Shown one piece after another: positions 39,664 through 51,376 of a stretch of DNA of 64,000 nucleotides. This stretch comes from Amphiscolops sp. MND2022 (taxonomy: Eukaryota). The position numbers were made by a program, and so were the translations under genes. The DNA lies in NCBI GenBank assembly GCA_964187785.1, contig OZ076409.1, positions 15,068,001-15,132,000 on the forward strand, written 5' to 3'. The notes beneath the pieces were generated by a model that worked only from the letters and a program-made list of their open reading frames with translations, did no database searches and had not been told where the DNA came from. How positions within the stretch are numbered: position 1 is the stretch's first letter; each line of letters starts with the position of its first letter.

Positions 39664-40802
39664 TGGTGACAGGAGCTGACGAAACCCAACAGCCAATTCC
39701 CGAATTCCTGACTGGACGAATCCACTCAATCCCAAACCTGGAGAGGCAACAATCTAACCACAATGTCTCTCTGGACACGACTCTGCCAGCCCCAGACCCT
39801 GAGGTCCCACAGACACCTCAGGACCCGCTTAACAGATTGGCTGATGTACTAGTCAACTTGCAAAACAAACCCCAAACGATGACCATCCGACCGGTCCAAA
39901 CCACACCAATGACATTTGACGGAAAAAGCGAAAAGTTTGAGCTTTTCGAGGACTTGTTCCACACAATGATCAAAATGCAACCGACCATGACAGAGCAAAT
40001 GAAAATCAACCACTTTCATTCTTTGCTCAGAAAAGGAGCATTACAAACCTTCAGGAACATAAACTCAATTAATCGTCAAACCCTTGAGGACGTGTTGATC
40101 ATATTCCGGAGGAAATACGTCAAACCGGAAGCCCAAGCAACGGCAAAACACAAATGGCATCGGTTAACCTTTGATCCGACCACCATGAAACTGCCGGATT
40201 TCTTGGAGGAACTCAACCAGGGGGCAGAAAAAGCATTTGGTGAAAATGCCAAAAACTTGATTGACAGCTTATTGTACGCAAAACTGCCTCCAAAACTCAA
40301 ACGATCTGTCAACATGGCCCGCTTGGAGAACGGTACATACGAAGAGATCGTCGCTCATCTCGAACGAGAGCTTGAACTCAATGCGTTGGAAGAATCAGAT
40401 GACTTACCAATGGCCACAATGGCCTCTGCGTCCACCAGTAATAATAACCTAATATCTAATGGCATAAACACCAACAAGGACGCACAATGCTCTTATTGTA
40501 AAGCCACAGGCCACTTCTATAAGAGTTGCCCCAAATTGAAAAAGAAGAAGGAAGTAGAGGACAAAAATGGCAAAAAGCCCCAACGCCCTACATACCCAGA
40601 ATGCCCTACTTGCGGAAAGAAAAATCACCCCGTTGAGAGATGCTGGAAAGGGGCTGGAGCACATTTACGTCCCAAAAGGACACGTCCTGAAAATAAGGCT
40701 GATGACACCTCTGGAGATGAAAAATCATCCAAGAAGTCAACTAGCCCCGAAACCACATCTTCAAGTCATTCATCTTCTCGAAAAACCGATTCAAAAAACT
40801 AA
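39114..40802 (+). CDS. gag: Gypsy-B gag (562 aa from ATG), first ~183 codons inside the LTR
   Basis: Intact ORF with MTFDGKSEKFELFEDLF and knuckles CSYCKATGHFYKSCP and CPTCGKKNHPVERCW. Confidence 0.93.
   Translation: MPSTRRQKAKARKSREMDMLSDIENMDVMLGNGSNNPIERELVDAIEQSSVQGDIEANEYLGNQYTSFPHENNLPGQDDIRQSLETFSNEFNLRLSQEMDSMMSMVHSQINRAISNAISERVIPEIQNIVSSMSSSGNRDTEASVSPNSQENRECSSGFRPKFTKGDSRSVCDLRDTTGRSHYMVTGADETQQPIPEFLTGRIHSIPNLERQQSNHNVSLDTTLPAPDPEVPQTPQDPLNRLADVLVNLQNKPQTMTIRPVQTTPMTFDGKSEKFELFEDLFHTMIKMQPTMTEQMKINHFHSLLRKGALQTFRNINSINRQTLEDVLIIFRRKYVKPEAQATAKHKWHRLTFDPTTMKLPDFLEELNQGAEKAFGENAKNLIDSLLYAKLPPKLKRSVNMARLENGTYEEIVAHLERELELNALEESDDLPMATMASASTSNNNLISNGINTNKDAQCSYCKATGHFYKSCPKLKKKKEVEDKNGKKPQRPTYPECPTCGKKNHPVERCWKGAGAHLRPKRTRPENKADDTSGDEKSSKKSTSPETTSSSHSSSRKTDSKN
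39664..39675 (+). promoter_or_regulatory. Primer binding site TGGTGACAGGAG (tRNA-Leu-like), within gag coding sequence
   Basis: Immediately after the LTR CA end. One mismatch to the tRNA-Leu-type PBS TGGTGTCAGGAG. Confidence 0.8.
40793..40799 (+). promoter_or_regulatory. Putative -1 frameshift heptamer A_AAA_AAC at the gag/pol junction
   Basis: TCA AAA AAC TAA. The -1 frame is open from here into the pol ORF at 40832. Confidence 0.8.
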
Positions 40803-43800
40803 TTTCGCCACGACTCCAAGTTTCCAACCAGATGTCAGTGCGACAATATGTCATATCTGACCCACCAAACATTATTTATAAACAAACCCAAAACGATACC
40901 ACAGGAATGCCATCGACTGTCTGGCAGCAGCAAATGGCCAACGCCCGCATGGAAACTCAACATATTATCCATAGCGACCACCCATACTTATATAGACGTA
41001 CTAGCTACGACAACGACTCGGAAACTCACTTTCGCCCCTTACAAACTGTCGAAGATTATAACCCTCAATACTATGACCCCGAGTATGGCAAAGACCCGTA
41101 CTGGGACGAAGAACTATATGACAAAACCAATTTACAATTTCGAAATGAAGATTACCCTCCAACTGACGACGAGGACGACCCAGACATTGAAGACAACACA
41201 CTGTCTCGGGCCCTCATTGATCTTTGGCAGCCAAATTTTGATGCAAGAAAACAAGGAGTAGACTCCACTCAACAACAGGAAGGCCACAAAGCCTCTAACA
41301 GCCTTTTAGATGAAACGGCCTTCCTGCATCTCTTAGTGGCCAAGGAAGGAGAGCCGTCCTACTTTCCCCTTTCAACAAACCTTGGGCTCAAATTTAAAAG
41401 ACGAATGCTCTATTTCCCAATGGATTTTGGAGAGTTAACCCTAGACGGCCTAATCGACACTGGAGCCCACTCCAGTGCAATACCGGAAGCAGACCTTAGA
41501 AAGATACGCCTATTGGCCCCCCAGTCGATAGTGAAAGAAGGCCCTGCTCCATCTTTATTTATGGTCCATCCAATTTATGGTCGCAAACGGAGACTTAGAA
41601 ACCCCGAAGAGTACCGTCGAACTAAAGTTTGAAGTGGGTGACATAGAATTTCATGAAATTTTCATTGTAATGGAAAAATTGTCTAGCCCCATAATTGGAT
41701 TGATGTTCCTCCAAAGGAACCACACCGTCCTGGACATGCGCCAAGGTATACTCAACTTTCCCTACTTCTCGATGCAACTAAAGACGGCTGACCATAAATA
41801 CTCGAATGTATTGGAACCCATACTCAACCCTGAGGATATCACATTGCCGCCAAATGACCACGTAGTCATACCTATCCAATCTCAAATCTACGCAGAAAAT
41901 GCAGTTACGGGCATACTACAACCTAGCGATCTTCTGCATGAAGAGGGCGACATAACCTTTTGTGCAGCCATAGTCACACTACATGAAGGAACCATGAAGA
42001 TCCATGTCAACAATTTCACCGATCAACCCTATAAACTCAAGAAAGGGATGCATATTGCAAACTTCTCAGTGATGACTCCCGAACAAATGAAACATGTCAG
42101 GCCAATAGACCCAGTGTCCACTTGGCATTTACTGAACGAAAACGAAGAGGACGCTATTTATTACATTAGTAGCCTCCTTAAAGCCAATAGAAATAATGAC
42201 CAATACCAACAATATTGGTTCCCAACGCCTGAAAATCCCGGGGACGAAACAACTCATACCCCAATACAACAAAGAATTCTCAAAGAATTACGAAATCTGC
42301 AAACTTTAGAACAACTCAACCCACAAGCCGATGAAGAATCTCGCCGAAGATTCCTCAGCAATTTCGATTGGAAAGACTCAATGCTACAACAGCATGAGAT
42401 CAGACAAATAGAAACCCTATTAGTGGAATTCCATGATATCTTTGCGCGCCATAGATTTGACATCGGCGTCAACGAGGAGTTCACGGTCAAATTGACCCCA
42501 AAGGACGAATCACCCGCTTACAGCCAGAGCTTACCTACTACGGTCCACCTTAAAGAGGATATACTGGTCGAACTGGCATTACTCCACAAATATGGAATTA
42601 TTACGACATTACCATTTTCAAAGTATGCCAGTCCCATATTTGCGCAGAAAAAAACCCAATGGTAAACTGAGACTGTTGGTGGATTTGAGGAAAATTAACA
42701 ATCTGATTTCGGATGATTATATCAATAACAACCACCCAGTCAGCACCTTGACGGATGCCGCGCAACATATGGCCGGGAAAAAACTTTTTTGCAAGCTCGA
42801 CTGTTCCCAGGCTTACCACTGCCTACCCATGGCGGACCAGAAATCCATTGAAATGCTGGCCTTTAACTTTGCCAGCAGGACATTTGCATATAGAAGATTG
42901 GCCCAGGGACTCAGTCGAGCCCTGTCGGCCTTCTCCAGTTTTATGAGGGAATATTTGGACCGTGTTATCAAAGCAGACCAATGTGCTCAATATGTAGACG
43001 ATATCGGTGTCGCGGCGACAGACGCTAACCAACTTATCGTCAATTTAAGAGCAACATTTCAATGTATCAGAGAAGCAGGATTGAGACTATCCATGCACAA
43101 GTGCCACTTCGGCGCTACTGAAATCGACTTCCTTGGAAGAACCATTACCCCTGAAGGTGTAAAACCTCAAAAAGAAAGAATTACTAACTTCTTAGAAAAG
43201 ACGAAATTTCCAAAGTCCAAGAAGGCCCTACAACGCTATCTTGGTTTCCTCAACTATTACAGGAATTACATACCAAGATTATCCGAAAAATTAGTTCCTT
43301 TCTTCCAATTACTCAAAAAAGACGAAAAGGTCCTAGTGACTCAAGAATTAGTCGAACAATTTAACGAGATCAACCGAGACCTAGATAAATGCAGTCAACT
43401 AGCATTGAAGCAACCACTGCCCAATAAACAACTAGTCCTCATGACTGATGCAAGTTTTACGGCAGCTGGTTACGCCATACTGACGGAAGATGACCCAAAT
43501 CAGAAATACACTTCTGTCAGAAAGTCCTATGCACCAATTGCGTATGGATCTAAAACTTTTGCCCCTTCTCAACTCAAAATGTCAATATATGCAAAGGAAT
43601 TCCTAGCCATATATTACGCATTCAAGGAATTTGGACACATTTTTTGGGGAACCCCTCAACCCGTGATTATCCTCACGGATAACAAATCGGTCACAAGGTT
43701 CTTCCAAACGAAAATAATCCCACCGCCACTCTAGAATGCCTGTGATTTTGTAATTCAATTCAATTTCGTCATAGCTCACATTCCGGGAAAAAACAATACA

Positions 43801-45915
43801 GCGGCGGATTACCTGTCCAGAATGGAAATGGACCCTACTGAAAAGTTAGTCCTGAAAATTCGCGAGGACGTCGAAACTAGGCCCATAGAAGTCAATGTCC
43901 AATCCGCAGGGGTATCCGAAGAAGAACAAGTCTTCTTTACCGGAGAAGATAACGAAACAGAACAACAGATTTGGGAACGAAAACAGCAATCCAAAAAAGG
44001 ACTCATGGTCCCCGAGACTGTAATTCAAATCGACGCTATATCGGAAAACACCGTCGAGGAAATCACTAACTTCACACAGAAATTACGAAGAACGAACCAA
44101 ATACTGCTCGAACAGTCAAGAGATCCGACTTTGCTCCAACTGAAGGCGAAACTTCAAAAAGAAGAATACTCTGAAGAAATCCTTCAACAAGATATTCGGT
44201 ACAAGTATTACCTCAATAATATCGACCGAATAGTCCTCAAAAACGAAATAGTCACGCGACAGTACTACGACGAAACCGGACAAGTCAAATACCATCAAAT
44301 TTTACTACCAAAGCATCTGCTTAAAGAATTATTACAAGCAATACATGGCACGGCACATCGACACCCAGGCATTTCTAAAATGCTCCAAGAAATTCGTCAG
44401 AAATACTACTACCCCGGAATTGCAAAACACGTCAAAAAATGGGTGGAAGGTTGTGAAACCTGTGCTAAGGACAAAAGGGTCCCCGACAAAGTAATTACCC
44501 CTGAATTACTAAATTTGCCTGAATGGGACCTAGGCCCAGAAGATGCCATGCAGATTGATTTACTACCAAATTTGCCAACCAGCGGTGGATACCAAACAGT
44601 GATGACGGCCATAGATGTATTCTCAAGATATTTATTTGCCTACCCGCTAATTGAAGCAACAGCCACAAATGTAACCAAGGTGATAATTGATATTATGACG
44701 AAACATTCCTGTCTACCGAAAACCCTCATCACCGACAAAGGGTCCGCGTTTACGTCAAAAATTTTAGAAGAAATTGCTAAAATACTGGGCATTACACTAA
44801 AATGCGCCACAACCAAGCATCCGCAAACTATTGGCAAACTTGAAAGGACACACGCCTCTCTAAAAACCAACCTGAAAATGGCCTCAGGGGAATATCGCCG
44901 TCAATGGCACAAATATTTACCATTAGCTGTGCTCAACTATAACACTACTTATCACGCTAGCATTGGTTGTGAGCCTAGCAAAGTATTCCACGGCAGAATT
45001 CCCTACAACGTCCTTGATCATAAATTGGGAAACAACCCTAATAAAAATTTCCTACCGACAACTGAATTTGCGGAAGAATTGCAGCAGAGGACGCAAATCC
45101 TCATTGATCAGACAAAAAAGAATATTATGCAATCGTATTTAAAATACAAAGAGTACTACGACCGCAAAGCCAAAGCAGCTCCGCTACAAGAGAAAGACTA
45201 CTGTTTTGTTCTTCAACCGAAAGCGGATAGTCAAGGCTCTAAGATACCATTTAGGGACTTCCGATGGATTGGTCCCTTTGTCGTTCAAAAAACCTTACCA
45301 AATAACAATTACATAGTGCGTCGTTTAAATACGAATAAAACGCAGATCTTGCACAGGATCAGGCTCAAAAAAATTGTTCCAAATACCCCATTAGAGGACA
45401 AATACAAAGAAGAGAAATTACAGCCTGATGAAGAAATAATAATACCGCAAGATGATTTGTATACCATTTCATGGGACGCGGACTTTGAGTACGAGCTGTT
45501 CGAACAGAAGAAAAATGATTGGCCAGACACGGCCATGCGTCTGCCGCAAGACGCCACAAACAGCGAAGTCGACTATTACGTCACCGAGAATGAAAGCAGC
45601 AGCGCAACCGAAAGTGAGCGCAGCAGCGAAAGAATGAATGATAATGACGTCAACACGAATGAAGTACGGCCGAGATCGGCCAGCAACCGTGACGCGTCGT
45701 CCCCGCTGAGCGAAACGCCACGTGGGACGGAAAATCAAAATGACGTCACAAATGATTTAGAGAATGCGGAAATTGCTTCAGAAAGAGGCGTAGATATTAC
45801 CGTGCCCGGAATATCGGAAAAAGGAAAAAATGAAGAAAATTCTAGCCCTAGAGGAGGGAAATATAATCTTCGACCTAACCCCACCCCCAACTTCACTGAT
45901 GAATACAGATACTAG
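40799..45915 (+). pseudogene. pol: Gypsy-B pol (PR, RT, RNase H, INT) with three lesions: insertion at ~41557-41575, frameshift in the A-run at ~42650, TAG at 43732
   Basis: Motifs LIDTGA, YVDD, MTDAS...AKEFLAI...TDNKS, H-x6-H...CETC, IDVFSRY, TDKGSAF, LERTH and WIGPF. Confidence 0.95.
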
Positions 45916-46140
45916 TCAGACATGTAAATTAAAGTCCCATAAGTCTCTTGGACTAAATTAATATTTTTTACTGGGACTACTCTGACTCTGAACTTTTCAA
46001 ATAAATACAATAAAAAACAACAAAAGAGACCCACTGGTCAACAAGCAATCCACAAAATGCTTCAATAAATAAAAGGAAGATCAGTTGGTTCATGTTAAAT
46101 ACAAAATAACAGACTAAAGAACAAATGTACATATGTACAT

Positions 46141-49100
46141 TTAAGATTTAGTGGCCTTCTGTCCAGCTTCTTGGCCGTCTGTGGTATCCTTCACAGCAAT
46201 GGAGCCATCAAAAGAAACTTTCTTTTTTCCTTTCCCAGGAGAAGATTTACGCCGACCACCTGCAGCAGGAGAACTAGAACGCGAACCAGTCTTACTCGAG
46301 GAAGCTGACCTCGACACTCGGACCACAGATTCGTAAGCGGCATGGAGAGTCTTATAAATATCAGCTCGCCCAAAAGTGTCGACGCCCAAAAGTGTGACCC
46401 AAGGGTCACCAGCCACATTGCCAGAATTGAATTGCTGCTCAACCTCACGATATTTACACAAAGAGACATCGTTAGTGCAAACCGAGATGGCGTCAGGGGC
46501 TCGTGCTAGGAAAGACTGAGCAGGAAGCAACACGTCACCCAATCTACACCGAGGACTCTGTGCGTCAACATCCTGGAAACGGATAGCTGGAAGCAAAGGA
46601 GTGTCCTCTGTCAAGCACAAGCAGCACAATCGAAATAAACGATACAAATGAGGTCGACTTCGGAGCTCAGTCATATTAGACAACAATTCCACCATATCAG
46701 TAAAACCATCAGGCGAATCTTCCAGGGTAGCATACTTTTCGCGAAATAAGTCGACAAATTCGAGGTACTCGTCCCGACAGTCGTCTTCAGAGGATCCTTC
46801 CAACCATCCACGGAGATTGAAGCTTTTATACAGTGCCCGGTAACAATAGGTCGCCTGGTCTCGAGGCAGACTCAAGAGGATGTGCGAGTCAAAACTGGCC
46901 ATTCCCTTCACAATCTCAGCATTGATGCTGTGATGCGCTAGCAGCTTCTCAAGAAGGTAGACGACGTAACCCCTTGCTTTTCCAGCGAACTTCTCCTTGC
47001 ATTCCTCAACGAGTTTGGGGAAATTAGGTATTGGCCCTTCCTTGTCACTGTAGACCCGCTTGACCTTAGAATTAGCAGCTCCATCTAGATCTTCTTTCAA
47101 TTTCAAGCGGTGAACAAAGTCCCTGGAGGAGAGTTGTCGCAATTCAGCAGTTCGCAGAATGGGAAGTTGAGTCCAATCAGTTTCGCTAGGATGGTGCTTG
47201 GGGAGCAAAGAGCGATAGCATAGCTTGCGGGCAAAATTGTTCAACTGCCCAAAGGTGAAGAAACCAGCGTCCCTGTATCCAACTAGACTTCTCTCAAAGC
47301 AACGAATATCTAAACAGAGAAATGGACCTCTGAGCACAAAGCCTTACCCAGTGAGTCCCTGCAAAGAAACTACGTGAACGATCACGAGTAAATTCCCTCC
47401 GAAACAAAAGCAATACTCACAATCATAGATGATCTTTCCAAAGAATTCCAACTTGACTAAGAAGAAGTCATCGGTGATGATAGTCCACTCAAGACTCTGC
47501 GGCTAAAAAGGAAGTCAAGCAATTAATGGATAGTGATCCTGGGGTCGTACGTCATGAGGAGAAAACCGAAACAGGTACAAGGAAAAATTGAAACCTTATT
47601 TTTAACTCCTCGCATTTCGTAGCCAGGGGCAAGTCTAGTCAGGTGGTCAAGAAGAGGCTGCCAGTTACTGATCAGTTCAGTACAAATAGTCGGAATGCAC
47701 CGTATCTTCAATTCAAAGTTGATTATAGCCTAAAAGGAACACTCTGTGCTGTGAGATGCACAAACAATGTGCAAAAATGTGAGTCCAGCAATATTAATTC
47801 AAACCTTGGTCAGTTCTGGGCAAGAAGACATCCAAGGCTCATCTAGACTGTTGTTGAGGAAGGCCAGAAGGTACTTCAGCTGTGTGAAGAAGTCAATTCG
47901 TCCAAACACGCTCCTTTCAAGCTGATGCATTAGCTTGGGAAGAGAAAAGGCATTGAAGCGGAATGGGTACTCGATGCCCTTCTTGAACAGCCCGGAACGC
48001 TCAACTGATCGCAACACCTCAGAAGTACAACCAGATAGACAGGCAATTTGTGGTAGCGTGGAAAGAAAGGACAGTAGACGTGAAATCATCAGCAACTGAT
48101 TGGGGCCCGGGTCCGAAGGCAGAGGGTACTTACACAATTGAACCTTGGCCAGGGTACCCGCCTTCCAGTATCTGATTGAAAGGATGCACTGATTTCCGTG
48201 TGGTTCAAACTCCAGAGAGTATGCGCCGCAGGAATTCACGGACTGGGCTATATCCTCCATTCCGCGCAAAAAGACGTGGTGAAACATGGCCTAGAACAAA
48301 ACGAAATCACCAAAAAATTGGAAAGGACAAACTATGGCTCAACGGACTTAGCGGATTAAGTTACACCTTCAAAAATCATACGCTTGGTGGTCCTAATTTG
48401 TAGAAAGAATGAAAAGACTTACAGTGAGCGTGAGCGAACTCCAATCAAGCTGTCGGAAAGAGTCTTGATGATTGGTGAAATTCCCAACCTCGGCCCACAG
48501 TCCCTCCAGTATAGTCAAATTGTCGAAATGTGGGACCGCTCGTCCAATCAAAGAAAGTTGAGTACCCAGTCTCAAATCTTCGGGGCATGCAATTCCCCCA
48601 GCACTGGCCATATAGTCGTCGTAAAAGGGAAATCTAGGGCCAATATCCACTAATGGAGCCGATTCGAAACGTGGCTTCTCCTTCTCTAGTTCTAGAGCGG
48701 AAAGGAGATGTCCGTCCTTCCCTCTAACTGCATGGACGGTCTGTCCACTGATTTTGTCCACACTACTAAGGTGTTCGTAGCGCCATCGTTGGTCTTTGCG
48801 CAGATGGGTCTGGTAGTGTCACTCTGGTAGTGTCTCACGATTTCTCTGGCCCCTTTGGAATAGATCGACACGTTCGCCTTGCAAATTTGGCAGTAGAATT
48901 TGTGCTTGTTATGCACAGGATCTAGTGGTCCAGTTACGAAAACTTTGGTCCACGGAATACCTTTGAAATAGGCAGCCTTCATGACTTTGCCCGGTCTGCC
49001 TACGAACCTCCGCTTCTTGCGTGGCGGACTGCCTCCAGGTCGTCGTGGTTGGTCTTCTACCCGTATGGCACTTAGAGGTTGATAGTCCCCCTCACTGTAG

Positions 49101-50161
49101 CCTGGACTAGGGACTGTGGTGTGGCTGGTACTAGGAGTCCTGTCCATCTCTTCATCGGAAGTATTTGGGTAGCCAGAACGTTCTCTTGGTAGTGGCGTCC
49201 CACAGCGTGGCCTGGCTGCAACAACGAGCTCATCATCAGGGGTGAGGGCTCCGCTCGTATAATCATCTGTCATTCCTCCCTCACTTTCTGTATCAGCACC
49301 TGAGCTATTGGGACCGCCTCGTGTAGGGACCACGCCTCGAACCATTGATTTCCGGAACTGTCCAGGAGTTTGTTTTCCTGCCCCATAAACAGCATGTAGG
49401 ACAAGGGAGCGCATGGCATGGATGGATGATTTCACAGTTTCATCCGATATGGTTTTGAGGACGGCATGTATCTGCGGCTCACTGAATGAAACAGTACTGT
49501 GACCTTTGGGCAATTCAATTGGGGCAGATGAGGAAAAGTGTTTCCTTAAAACAGCCTGTCCATTAGCCGAGAATCGTTCTGGTAATTTCACCTCTCGGGA
49601 CCCAGACTTTGCGGCTCCAGACGTTGCACCATCTGTATCTTGGCCGGCGGCACCTTCGGTTGCAGATGGCAATTCAGAACAAGTAACGCTTGAGGTAGGA
49701 CGTTTACGTGTTCCTTCCGTACCCATCTCGTCAAGCAGTTCGCCAGCCTCGCTAGTATCAGTGGCAAAGTACTCCTTGCTCTTGTCTCGTGACTCAATTA
49801 AGCTGCCAGTCTCTTTAGAGGTCCCTGGTTGCATTCCGTCGAGTGAGAAGGCTTCCTTTCCTAGACGTTCAAAACCTATCGACTGGGAAACCTTTATGGG
49901 CCCTGCTGTTCCATCTTCAGGTTGTGCCGGTGCCGGGAGAAATGAAATATCCAGAGAAGGATCATCACTAGCCAGTGTCCGTAAAGTTTTCTCCGCATAT
50001 GTGGTTATGCTCTCTTCAGTGTTTCCACTACTGGATGACTGGTTGGAGTCAGGACGCGTTATCACTACTGGCTCCTTTGGTGCTGTATTGGTCTCTTCGG
50101 CAACCCCAGGATTCTCTGATGTTGGAAGAATTGTGCTGGTGACCTGTTCTTCAGACGCCAT
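46141..50161 (-). CDS. Spliced antisense gene inside Gypsy-B, ~1200 aa, BED zinc finger + hAT-transposase-like; coding exons 50161-48423, 48290-47805, 47729-47595, 47502-47421, 47309-46141; one frameshift near 48815 in this copy
   Basis: Four GT-AG introns (48422-48291, 47804-47730, 47594-47503, 47420-47310) with pyrimidine-rich acceptors. Phases 0, 0, 0 and 1 join the separate ORFs without stops. BED-like motif FYCQICKANVSI...GAREIVRHYQS..HL. Confidence 0.85.
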
Positions 50162-51376
50162 GTCTAAATAGAAAGAAATGAATTCAAGCGGCAAGCTTCC
50201 TGAGTTAAAATCCATTAGCCGCGTTAAAAAAATCTTCCGGAAGTAGATTAAATTGAACACTTGTGAACACTTGTGTTACGTGGACAGGAAGTACTTGAAC
50301 GAAAAGAGTGCCCTGATCAAGCCTCAAATTAGTTCAAAAATCTAGCCTAGCTAATGAAAATGTATGAAGAACAACTGACCTGTTAGTATTCCAATGCGGG
50401 GGAGTTGGTTGATGATATTTGTGACAGTAGGTCGTGCCGAACTGACAGCTAGATGGGGACGTCCAAAGTTGGGACTGGATGTCGATTTTCCGGGAGAAGC
50501 TGAGGAAACCCACGGGGATGAGGACGAATGTACACTGAGTCCTGAGTTGAAGACGAATGGAAAATATAAATAAAAATGACTCAAAGACTAAATAATTGGC
50601 TGAATATACGATGAGTAAATACGTTGGTGATTAGATACTGGATAATGCAAGAAGTGAATAGTACAACTAAATGATAAAGAATTGAAAGAAGAATTGGCGA
50701 TGTGACAAGATGTCAAGATTGGAGTTCGTGGCTATACAGTTTGGTGTCCAATTTATAAGTATTTACAATTTACGGTAATACGTGGATAAAGTCTGCCAGC
50801 GATATCTACACTTTCCATTTATTTCGAAAACTTACAAAATTATTTTACAAAATTATTTCATTATTTTATGTTATTTTATTTTATTTTATTTTCAAGGTCA
50901 TTTTATATCATTCCTTATATGGATTCACGACCTTGAGAAGCCATTTTAACTTGGTAGAAATTTTGCTGCAATCTTATTGGTTGATCATATTGATGAAGGC
51001 CGGCGTGGCTGACTGCCATAACTTTACCTCCTTGAGACTCTCAAGTACCTGATGAGTGTTAATAAACACTTGAGGTAACTCTCCTAACTTAGAAGTATTA
51101 GCCTAGCTGATGATAGTCAATAATTTGATGATAGTTTGTATTTGATGTCGGCAATTACAAAGTGTCTTGGCGGCATGATAAAAGAACTCGAGAAGTGGAA
51201 TCAGTTATTGTAGAGTTACTTGCCGGGAAATGTGAAAACCCGGGAAAGGAGAAACGAAGAGACTCGTGGTCGAAGGAAACTGAGATCGCCATAATCTCAA
51301 TTTCTCTACTTAAAATCAGTTGAATTCCAACAGGAAAATAATCAAAATTGCAAAGAAAATCTTCAAAATCCGAGCT

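Noticed and set aside
46123..46142. 20-bp palindrome AAATGTACATATGTACATTT at the antisense stop codon
   Set aside because: Real but low-complexity. No partner repeat at the other end of the gene, so it is not a TIR.
47349..47359. 11-nt micro-exon (TTTGCAG|GGACTCACTGG|GTAAGG) within intron 4 of the antisense gene
   Set aside because: Including it breaks the phase with the last exon, whereas skipping it keeps the frame. It could only act as a poison exon.
49506..50171. 221-aa plus-strand ORF and other short ORFs opposite TE genes
   Set aside because: Shadow frames of the real coding strand with no motifs.
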